NCBI GenBank assembly: GCA_964016885.1
Contig: OZ024740.1
Coordinates: forward strand, 431,272,001 to 431,336,000
Reading direction: 5' to 3'
Origin: Eledone cirrhosa
Lineage: Eukaryota
Length of the DNA: 64,000 bases
Shown: in pieces, positions 51,602 through 63,400 of the stretch
Numbering within the stretch: the first letter of the stretch is position 1
Layout of the letters: each line of letters starts with the position of its first letter
Translations under genes and position numbers: made by a program
The notes under the pieces: model-generated
What the model was told of the DNA's origin: nothing
Seen by the model: only the letters and a program-made list of their open reading frames with translations
Databases searched by the model: none

Positions 51602-54600
51602 TTTACATGTCTCAAATTGTCAATCTTTAGAGAGGTTGTCATTCCCTTAACGGGAGTACAGAGTCCTCTCTACCTTACATGTCTCCAATTGTCAATCTTT
51701 AGAGAGGTTGTTATTCCCTTAACAGGAGTAAAGAGTCCTCTCTACCTTATGTCTCCAATTGTCAATCTTTAGAGAGGTTGTTATTCCCTTAACAGGAGTA
51801 AAGAGTGCTCTCTACCTTACATGTCTCCAATTGTCAATCTTTAGAGAGGTTGTTATTCCCTTAACAGGAGTAAAGAGTCCTCTCTACCTTACATGTCTCC
51901 TAATTGTCAATCTTTAGAGAGGTTGTTATTCCCTTAACAGGAGTAAAGAGTCCTCTCTACCTTACATGTCTCCAATTGTCAATCTTTAGAGAGGTTGTTA
52001 TTCCCTTAACAGGAGTAAAGAGTCCTCTCTACTTTACATGTCTCCAATTGTCAATCTTTAGAGAGGTTGTTATTCCCTTAACAGGAGTAAAGAGTCCTCT
52101 CTACCTTACATGTCTCCAATTGTCAATATTTACAGAGAGGTTGTTATTCCCTTAACAGGAGTAAAGAGTGCTCTCTACCTTACATGTCTCCAATTGTCAA
52201 TCTTTAGAGAGGTTGTTATTCGCTTAACAGGAGTAAAGAGTCCTCTCTACCTTACATGTCTCCAATTGTCAATCTTTAGAGAGGTTGTTATTCACTTAAC
52301 AGGAGTAAAGAGTCCTCTCTACCTTACATGTCTCCAATTGTCAATCTTTAGAGAGGTTGTTATTCCCTTAACAGGAGTAAAGAGTCCTCTCTACTTTACA
52401 TGTCTCCAATTGTCAATCTTTAGAGAGGTTGTTATTCTCTTAACGGGAGTAAAGAGTCCTCTCTACCTTACATGTCTCCAATTGTCAATCTTTAGAGAGG
52501 TTGTTATTCCCTTAACAGGAGTAAAGAGTCCTCTCTACCTTACATGTCTCCAATTGTCAATCTTTAGAGGGGTTGTTATTCCCTTAACAGGAGTAAAGAG
52601 TGCTCTCTACCTTACATGTCTCCAATTGTCAATCTTTAGAGAGGTTGTTATTCCCTTAACAGGAGTAAAGAGTCCTCTCTACCTTACATGTCTCCAATTG
52701 TCAATCTTTAGAGAGGTTGTTATTCCCTTAACAGGATTAAAGAGTGCTCTCTACCTTACATGTCTCCAATTGTCAATCTTTAGAGAGGTTGTTATTCCCT
52801 TAACAGGAGTAAAGAGTCCTCTCTACCTTACATATCTCCAATTGTCAATCTTTAGAGAGGTTGTTATTCCCTTAACAGGAGTAAAGAGTCCTCTCTACCT
52901 TACATGTCTCCAATTGTCAATCTTTACAGAGATGTTGTTATTCCCTTAACAGGAGTAAAGAGTCCACTCTACTTTACATGTCTCCAATTGTCAATCTTTA
53001 GAGAAGTTGTTATTCCCTTAACAGGAGTAAAGAGTCCTCTCTACCTTACATGTCTCCAATTGTCAATCTTTACAGAGAGGTTGTTATTCCCTTAACAGGA
53101 GTAAAGAGTCCTCTCTACCTTACATGTCTCCAATTGTCAATCTTTAGAGAGGTTGTTATTCCCTTAACAGGAGTAAAGAGTCCTCTCTACCTTACATGTC
53201 TCCAATTGTCAATCTTTAGAGAGGTTGTTATTCCCTTAACAGGAGTAAAGAGTCCTCTCTACTTTACATGTCTCCAATTGTCAATCTTTAGAGAGGTTGT
53301 TATTCTCTTAACGGGAGTAAAGAGTCCTCTCTACCTTACATGTCTCCAATTGTCAATCTTTAGAGAGGTTGTTATTCCCTTAACAGGAGTAAAGAGTCCT
53401 CTCTACCTTACATGTCTCCAATTGTCAATCTTTAGAGGGGTTGTTATTCCCTTAACAGGAGTAAAGAGTGCTCTCTACCTTACATGTCTCCAATTGTCAA
53501 TCTTTAGAGAGGTTGTTATTCCCTTAACAGGAGTAAAGAGTCCTCTCTACCTTACATGTCTCCAATTGTCAATCTTTAGAGAGGTTGTTATTCCCTTAAC
53601 AGGATTAAAGAGTGCTCTCTACCTTACATGTCTCCAATTGTCAATCTTTAGAGAGGTTGTTATTCCCTTAACAGGAGTAAAGAGTCCTCTCTACCTTACA
53701 TATCTCCAATTGTCAATCTTTAGAGAGGTTGTTATTCCCTTAACAGGAGTAAAGAGTCCTCTCTACCTTACATGTCTCCAATTGTCAATCTTTAGAGAGG
53801 TTGTTATTCCCTTAACAGGAGTAAAGAGTCCTCTCTACCTTATGTCTCCAATTGTCAATCTTTAGAGAGGTTGTTATTCCCTTAACAGGAGTAAAGAGTG
53901 CTCTCTACCTTACATGTCTCCAATTGTCAATCTTTAGAGAGGTTGTTATTCCCTTAACAGGAGTAAAGAGTCCTCTCTACCCTACATGTCTCCAATTGTC
54001 AATCTTTAGAGAGGTTGTTACTCCCTTAACAGGAGTAAAGAGTCCTCTCTACTTTACATGTCTCCAATTGTCAATCTTTAGAGAGGTTGTTATTCCCTTA
54101 ACAGGAGTAAAGAGTCCTCTCTACCTTACATGTCTCCAATTGTCAATATTTACAGAGAGGTTGTTATTCCCTTAACAGGAGTAAAGAGTGCTCTCTACCT
54201 TACATGTCTCCAATTGTCAATCTTTAGAGAGGTTGTTATTCCCTTAACAGGAGTAAAGAGTCCTCTCTACCTTACATGTCTCCTAATTGTCAATCTTTAG
54301 AGAGGTTGTTATTCCCTTAACAGGAGTAAAGAGTCCTCTCTGCCTTACATGTCTCCAATTGTCAATCTTTAGAGAGGTTGTTATTCCCTAAAACAGGAGT
54401 AAAGAGTCCTCTCTACCTTACATGTCTCCAATTGTCAATCTTTAGAGAGGTTGTTATTCCCTTAACAGGAGTAAAGAGTCCTCTCTACTTTACATGTCTC
54501 CAATTGTCAATCTTTAGAGAGGTTGTTATTCTCTTAACGGGAGTAAAGAGTCCTCTCTACCTTACATGTCTCCAATTGTCAATCTTTAGAGAGGTTGTTA

Positions 54601-57600
54601 TTCCCTTAACAGGAGTAAAGAGTCCTCTCTACCTTACATGTCTCCAATTGTCAATCTTTAGAGGGGTTGTTATTCCCTTAACAGGAGTAAAGAGTGCTCT
54701 CTACCTTACATGTCTCCAATTGTCAATCTTTAGAGAGGTTGTTATTCCCTTAACAGGAGTAAAGAGTCCTCTCTACCTTACATGTCTCCAATTGTCAATC
54801 TTTAGAGAGGTTGTTATTCCCTTAACAGGATTAAAGAGTGCTCTCTACCTTACATGTCTCCAATTGTCAATCTTTAGAGAGGTTGTTATTCCCTTAACAG
54901 GAGTAAAGAGTCCTCTCTACCTTACATGTCTCCAATTGTCAATCTTTACAGAGATGTTGTTATTCCCTTAACAGGAGTAAAGAGTCCACTCTACTTTACA
55001 TGTCTCCAATTGTCAATCTTTAGAGAAGTTGTTATTCCCTTAACAGGAGTAAAGAGTCCTCTCTACCTTACATGTCTCCAATTGTCAATCTTTACAGAGA
55101 GGTTGTTATTCCCTTAACAGGAGTAAAGAGTCCTCTCTACCTTACATGTCTCCAATTGTCAATCTTTAGAGAGGTTGTTATTCCCTTAATAGGAGTAAAG
55201 AGTCCTCTCTACCTTACATGTCTCCAATTGTCAATCTTTAGAGAGGTTGTTATTCCCTTAACAGGAGTAAAGAGTCCTCTCTACCTTACATGTCTCCAAT
55301 TGTCAATCTTTAGAGAGGTTGTTATTCCCTTAACAGGAGTAAAGAGTCCTCTCTACTTTACATGTCTCCAATTGTCAATCTTTAGAGAGGTTGTTATTCC
55401 CTTAACAGGAGTAGAGAGTCCTCTCTACCTTACATGTCTCCAATTGTCAATCTTTACAGAGAGGTTGTTATTCCCTTAACAGGAGTAAAGAGTCCTCTCT
55501 ACCTTACATGTCTCCAATTGTCAATCTTTAGAGAGGTTGTTATTCCCTAAACAGGAGTAGAGTCCTCTCTACCTTACATGTCTCCAATTGTCAATCTTTA
55601 GAGAGGTTGTTATTCCCTTAACAGGAGTAAAGAGGCCTCTCTACCTTACATGTCTCCAATTGTCAATCTTTAGAGAGGTTGTTATTCCCTTAACAGGAGT
55701 AAAGAGTCCTCTCTACCTTACATGTCTCTCATTGTGAATCTTTAGAGAGGCTGTTATTCCCTTAACAGGAGTAAAGAGTCCTCTCTACCTTACATGTCTC
55801 CAATTGTCAATCTTTAGAGAGGTTGTTATTCCCTTAACAGGAGTAAAGAGTGCTCTCTACCTTACATGTCTCCAATTGTCAATCTTTAGAGAGGTTGTTA
55901 TTCCCTTAACAGGAGTAGAGTCCTCTCTACCTTACATGTCTCCAATTGTCAATCTTTAGAGAGGTTGTTATTCACTTAACATGAGTAAAGAGTCCTCTCT
56001 ACCTTACATGTCTCCAATTGTCAATCTTTAGAGAGGTTGTTATTCCCTTAACAGGAGTAAAGAGTCCTCTCTACCTTACATGTCTCCAATTGTCAATCTT
56101 TAGAGAGGTTGTTATTCCCTTAACAGGAGTAAAGAGTCCTCTCTACTTTACATGTCTCAAATTGTCAATCTTTAGAGAGGTTGTTATTCCCTTAACGGGA
56201 GTACAGAGTCCTCTCTACCTTACATGTCTCCAATTGTCAATCTTTAGAGAGGTTGTTATTCCCTTAACAGGAGTAAAGAGTCCTCTCTACCTTATGTCTC
56301 CAATTGTCAATCTTTAGAGAGGTTGTTATTCCCTTAACAGGAGTAAAGAGTCCTCTCTACCTTACATGTCTCCTAATTGTCAATCTTTAGAGAGGTTGTT
56401 ATTCCCTTAACAGGAGTAAAGAGTCCTCTCTGCCTTACATGTCTCCAATTGTCAATCTTTAGAGAGGTTGTTATTCCCTTAACAGGAGTAAAGAGTCCTC
56501 TCTACCTTACATGTCTCCAATTGTCAATCTTTAGAGAGGTTGTTATTCCCTTAACAGGAGTAAAGAGTCCTCTCTACTTTACATGTCTCCAATTGTCAAT
56601 CTTTAGAGAGGTTGTTATTCTCTTAACGGGAGTAAAGAGTCCTCTCTACCTTACATGTCTCCAATTGTCAATCTTTAGAGAGGTTGTTATTCCCTTAACA
56701 GGAGTAAAGAGTCCTCTCTACCTTACATGTCTCCAATTGTCAATCTTTAGAGGGGTTGTTATTCCCTTAACAGGAGTAAAGAGTGCTCTCTACCTTACAT
56801 GTCTCCAATTGTCAATCTTTAGAGAGGTTGTTATTCCCTTAACAGGAGTAAAGAGTCCTCTCTACCTTACATGTCTCCAATTGTCAATCTTTAGAGAGGT
56901 TGTTATTCCCTTAACAGGATTAAAGAGTGCTCTCTACCTTACATGTCTCCAATTGTCAATCTTTAGAGAGGTTGTTATTCCCTTAACAGGAGTAAAGAGT
57001 CCTCTCTACCTTACATGTCTCCAATTGTCAATCTTTACAGAGATGTTGTTATTCCCTTAACAGGAGTAAAGAGTCCACTCTACTTTACATGTCTCCAATT
57101 GTCAATCTTTAGAGAAGTTGTTATTCCCTTAACAGGAGTAAAGAGTCCTCTCTACCTTACATGTCTCCAATTGTCAATCTTTACAGAGAGGTTGTTATTC
57201 CCTTAACAGGAGTAAAGAGTCCTCTCTACCTTACATGTCTCCAATTGTCAATCTTTAGAGAGGTTGTTATTCCCTTAACAGGAGTAAAGAGTCCTCTCTA
57301 CCTTACATGTCTCCAATTGTCAATCTTTAGAGAGGTTGTTATTCCCTTAACAGGAGTAAAGAGTGCTCTCTACCTTACATGTCTCCAATTGTCAATCTTT
57401 AGAGAGGTTGTTATTCCCTTAACAGGAGTAAAGAGTCCTCTCTACCTTACATGTCTCCTAATTGTCAATCTTTAGAGAGGTTGTTATTCCCTTAACAGGA
57501 GTAAAGAGTCCTCTCTACCTTACACGTCTCCAATTGTCAATCTTTAGAGAGGTTGTTATTCCCTTAACAGGAGTAAAGAGTCCTCTCTACTTTACATGTC

Positions 57601-60423
57601 TCCAATTGTCAATCTTTAGAGAGGTTGTTATTCCCTTAACAGGAGTAAAGAGTCCTCTCTACCTTACATGTCTCCAATTGTCAATATTTACAGAGAGGTT
57701 GTTATTCCCTTAACAGGAGTAAAGAGTGCTCTCTACCTTACATGTCTCCAATTGTCAATCTTTAGAGAGGTTGTTATTCCCTTAACAGGAGTAAAGAGTC
57801 CTCTCTACCTTACATGTCTCCTAATTGTCAATCTTTAGAGAGGTTGTTATTCCCTTAACAGGAGTAAAGAGTCCTCTCTACCTTACATGTCTCCAATTGT
57901 CAATCTTTAGAGAGGTTGTTATTCCCTTAACAGGAGTAAAGAGTCCTCTCTACCTTACATGTCTCCTAATTGTCAATCTTTAGAGAGGTTGTTATTCCCT
58001 TAACAGGAGTAAAGAGTCCTCTCTACCTTACATGTCTCCAATTGTCAATCTTTAGAGAGGTTGTTATTCCCTTAACAGGAGTAGAGAGTCCTCTCTACCT
58101 TACATGTCTCCAATTGTCAATCTTTACAGAGAGGTTGTTATTCCCTTAACAGGAGTAAAGAGTCCTCTCTACTTTACACGTCTCCAATTGTCAATCTTTA
58201 GAGAGGTTGTTATTCCCTAAACAGGAGTAGAGTCCTCTCTACCTTACATGTCTCCAATTGTCAATCTTTAGAGAGGTTGTTATTCCCTTAACAGGAGTAA
58301 AGAGGCCTCTCTACCTTACATGTCTCCAATTGTCAATCTTTAGAGAGGTTGTTATTCCCTTAACAGAAGTAAAGAGTCCTCTCTACCTTACATGTCTCCA
58401 ATTGTCAATCTTTAGAGAGGTTGTTATTCCCTTAACAGGAGTAAAGAGTCCTCTCTACTTTACATGTCTCCAATTGTCAATCTTTAGAGAGGTTGTTATT
58501 CCCTTAACAGGAGTAGAGAGTCCTCTCTACCTTACATGTCTCCAATTGTCAATATTTACAGAGAGGTTGTTATTCCCTTAACACGCGTAAAGAGTCCTCT
58601 CTACTTTACATGTCTCCAATTGTCAATCTTTAGAGAGGTTGTTATTCCCTTAACAGGAGTAAAGAGTCCTCTCTACCTTACATGTCTCCAATTGTCAATC
58701 TTTAGAGAGGTTGTTATTCCCTTAACAGGAGTAAAGAGTCCTCTCTACCTTACATGTCTCCAATTGTCAATCTTTAGAGAGGTTGTTATTCCCTTAACAG
58801 GAGTAAAGAGTCCTCTCTACTTTACATGTCTCCAATTGTCAATCTTTAGAGAGGTTGTTATTCTCTTAACGGGAGTAAAGAGTCCTCTCTACCTTACATG
58901 TCTCCAATTGTCAATCTTTAGAGGGGTTGTTATTCCCTTAACAGGAGTAAAGAGTGCTCTCTACCTTACATGTCTCCAATTGTCAATCTTTAGAGAGGTT
59001 GTTATTCCCTTAACGGGAGTAAAGAGTCCTCTCTACCTTACATGTCTCCAATTGTCAATCTTTAGAGAGGTTGTTATTCCCTTAACAGGAGTAAAGAGTC
59101 CTCTCTACCTTACATATCTCCAATTGTCAATCTTTAGAGAGGTTGTTATTCCCTTAACAGGAGTAAAGAGTCCTCTCTACCTTACATGTCTCCAATTGTC
59201 AATCTTTACAGAGATGTTGTTATTCCCTTAACAGGAGTAAAGAGTCCACTCTACTTTACATGTCTCCAATTGTCAATCTTTAGAGAAGTTGTTATTCCCT
59301 TAACAGGAGTAAAGAGTCCTCTCTACCTTACATGTCTCCAATTGTCAATCTTTACAGAGAGGTTGTTATTCCCTTAACAGGAGTAAAGAGTCCTCTCTAC
59401 CTTACATGTCTCCAATTGTCAATCTTTAGAGAGGTTGTTATTCCCTTAACAGGAGTAAAGAGTCCTCTCTACCTTACATGTCTCCAATTGTCAATCTTTA
59501 GAGAGGTTGTTATTCCCTTAACAGGAGTAAAGAGTCCTCTCTACCTTACATGTCTCCAATTGTCAATCTTTAGAGAGATTGTTATTCCCTTAACAGGAGT
59601 AAAGAGTCCTCTCTACTTTACATGTCTCCAATTGTCAATCTTTAGAGAGGTTGTTATTCCCTTAACAGGAGTAGAGAGTCCTCTCTACCTTACATGTCTC
59701 CAATTGTCAATCTTTACAGAGAGGTTGTTATTCCCTTAACAGGAGTAAAGAGTCCTCTCTACTTTACATGTCTCCAATTGTCAATCTTTAGAGAGGTTGT
59801 TATTCCCTAAACAGGAGTAGAGTCCTCTCTACCTTACATGTCTCCAATTGTCAATCTTTAGAGAGGTTGTTATTCCCTTAACAGGAGTAAAGAGGCCTCT
59901 CTACCTTACATGTCTCCAATTGTCAATCTTTAGAGAGGTTGTTATTCCGTTAACAGGAGTAAAGAGTCCTCTCTACCTTACATGTCTCCAATTGTCAATC
60001 TTTAGAGAGGTTGTTATTCCCTTAACAGGAGTAAAGAGTCCTCTCTACCTTACATGTCTCCAATTGTCAATCTTTAGAGAGGTTGTTATTCCCTTAACAG
60101 GAGTAAAGAGTCCTCTCTACCTTACATGTCTCTCATTGTGAATCTTTAGAGAGGTTGTTATTCCCTTAACAGGAGTAAAGAGTGCTCTCTACCTTACATG
60201 TCTCCAATTGTCAATCTTTAGAAAGGTTGTTATTCCCTTAACAGGAGTAGAGTCCTCTCTACCTTACATGTCTCCAATTGTCAATCTTTAGAGAGGTTGT
60301 TATTCACTTAACATGAGTAAAGAGTCCTCTCTACCTTACATGTCTCCAATTGTCAATCTTTAGAGAGGTTGTTATTCCCTTAACAGGAGTAAAGAGTCCT
60401 CTCTACCTTACATGTCTCCAATC

Positions 60424-63400
60424 GTCAATCTTTAGAGAGGTTGTTATTCCCTTAACAGGAGTAAAGAGTCCTCTCTACCTTACATGTCTCCTAATTGTCA
60501 ATCTTTAGAGAGGTTGTTATTCCCTTAACAGGAGTAAAGAGTCCTCTCTACCTTACATGTCTCCAATTGTCAATCTTTAGAGAGGTTGTTATTCCCTTAA
60601 CAGGAGTAGAGAGTCCTCTCTACCTTACATGTCTCCAATTGTCAATCTTTACAGAGAGGTTGTTATTCCCTTAACAGGAGTAAAGAGTCCTCTCTACTTT
60701 ACACGTCTCCAATTGTCAATCTTTAGAGAGGTTGTTATTCCCTAAACAGGAGTAGAGTCCTCTCTACCTTACATGTCTCCAATTGTCAATCTTTAGAGAG
60801 GTTGTTATTCCCTTAACAGGAGTAAAGAGGCCTCTCTACCTTACATGTCTCCAATTGTCAATCTTTAGAGAGGTTGTTATTCCCTTAACAGAAGTAAAGA
60901 GTCCTCTCTACCTTACATGTCTCCAATTGTCAATCTTTAGAGAGGTTGTTATTCCCTTAACAGGAGTAAAGAGTCCTCTCTACTTTACATGTCTCCAATT
61001 GTCAATCTTTAGAGAGGTTGTTATTCCCTTAACAGGAGTAGAGAGTCCTCTCTACCTTACATGTCTCCAATTGTCAATATTTACAGAGAGGTTGTTATTC
61101 CCTTAACACGCGTAAAGAGTCCTCTCTACTTTACATGTCTCCAATTGTCAATCTTTAGAGAGGTTGTTATTCCCTTAACAGGAGTAAAGAGTCCTCTCTA
61201 CCTTACATGTCTCCAATTGTCAATCTTTAGAGAGGTTGTTATTCCCTTAACAGGAGTAAAGAGTCCTCTCTACCTTACATGTCTCCAATTGTCAATCTTT
61301 AGAGAGGTTGTTATTCCCTTAACAGGAGTAAAGAGTCCTCTCTACTTTACATGTCTCCAATTGTCAATCTTTAGAGAGGTTGTTATTCTCTTAACGGGAG
61401 TAAAGAGTCCTCTCTACCTTACATGTCTCCAATTGTCAATCTTTAGAGAGGTTGTTATTCCCTTAACAGGAGTAAAGAGTCCTCTCTACCTTACATGTCT
61501 CCAATTGTCAATCTTTAGAGGGGTTGTTATTCCCTTAACAGGAGTAAAGAGTGCTCTCTACCTTACATGTCTCCAATTGTCAATCTTTAGAGAGGTTGTT
61601 ATTCCCTTAACGGGAGTAAAGAGTCCTCTCTACCTTACATGTCTCCAATTGTCAATCTTTAGAGAGGTTGTTATTCCCTTAACAGGAGTAAAGAGTCCTC
61701 TCTACCTTACATATCTCCAATTGTCAATCTTTAGAGAGGTTGTTATTCCCTTAACAGGAGTAAAGAGTCCTCTCTACCTTACATGTCTCCAATTGTCAAT
61801 CTTTACAGAGATGTTGTTATTCCCTTAACAGGAGTAAAGAGTCCACTCTACTTTACATGTCTCCAATTGTCAATCTTTAGAGAAGTTGTTATTCCCTTAA
61901 CAGGAGTAAAGAGTCCTCTCTACCTTACATGTCTCCAATTGTCAATCTTTACAGAGAGGTTGTTATTCCCTTAACAGGAGTAAAGAGTCCTCTCTACCTT
62001 ACATGTCTCCAATTGTCAATCTTTAGAGAGGTTGTTATTCCCTTAACAGGAGTAAAGAGTCCTCTCTACCTTACATGTCTCCAATTGTCAATCTTTAGAG
62101 AGGTTGTTATTCCCTTAACAGGAGTAAAGAGTCCTCTCTACCTTACATGTCTCCAATTGTCAATCTTTAGAGAGATTGTTATTCCCTTAACAGGAGTAAA
62201 GAGTCCTCTCTACTTTACATGTCTCCAATTGTCAATCTTTAGAGAGGTTGTTATTCCCTTAACAGGAGTAGAGAGTCCTCTCTACCTTACATGTCTCCAA
62301 TTGTCAATCTTTACAGAGAGGTTGTTATTCCCTTAACAGGAGTAAAGAGTCCTCTCTACTTTACATGTCTCCAATTGTCAATCTTTAGAGAGGTTGTTAT
62401 TCCCTAAACAGGAGTAGAGTCCTCTCTACCTTACATGTCTCCAATTGTCAATCTTTAGAGAGGTTGTTATTCCCTTAACAGGAGTAAAGAGGCCTCTCTA
62501 CCTTACATGTCTCCAATTGTCAATCTTTAGAGAGGTTGTTATTCCGTTAACAGGAGTAAAGAGTCCTCTCTACCTTACATGTCTCCAATTGTCAATCTTT
62601 AGAGAGGTTGTTATTCCCTTAACAGGAGTAAAGAGTCCTCTCTACCTTACATGTCTCCAATTGTCAATCTTTAGAGAGGTTGTTATTCCCTTAACAGGAG
62701 TAAAGAGTCCTCTCTACCTTACATGTCTCTCATTGTGAATCTTTAGAGAGGTTGTTATTCCCTTAACAGGAGTAAAGAGTGCTCTCTACCTTACATGTCT
62801 CCAATTGTCAATCTTTAGAGAGGTTGTTATTCCCTTAACAGGAGTAGAGTCCTCTCTACCTTACATGTCTCCAATTGTCAATCTTTAGAGAGGTTGTTAT
62901 TCACTTAACATGAGTAAAGAGTCCTCTCTACCTTACATGTCTCCAATTGTCAATCTTTAGAGAGGTTGTTATTCCCTTAACAGGAGTAAAGAGTCCTCTC
63001 TACCTTACATGTCTCCAATCGTCAATCTTTAGAGAGGTTGTTATTCCCTTAACAGGAGTAAAGAGTCCTCTCTACTTTACATGTCTCAAATTGTCAATCT
63101 TTAGAGAGGTTGTCATTCCCTTAACGGGAGTACAGAGTCCTCTCTACCTTACATGTCTCCAATTGTCAATCTTTAGAGAGGTTGTTATTCCCTTAACAGG
63201 AGTAAAGAGTCCTCTCTACCTTATGTCTCCAATTGTCAATCTTTAGAGAGGTTGTTATTCCCTTAACAGGAGTAAAGAGTGCTCTCTACCTTACATGTCT
63301 CCAATTGTCAATCTTTAGAGAGGTTGTTATTCCCTTAACAGGAGTAAAGAGTCCTCTCTACCTTACATGTCTCCTAATTGTCAATCTTTAGAGAGGTTGT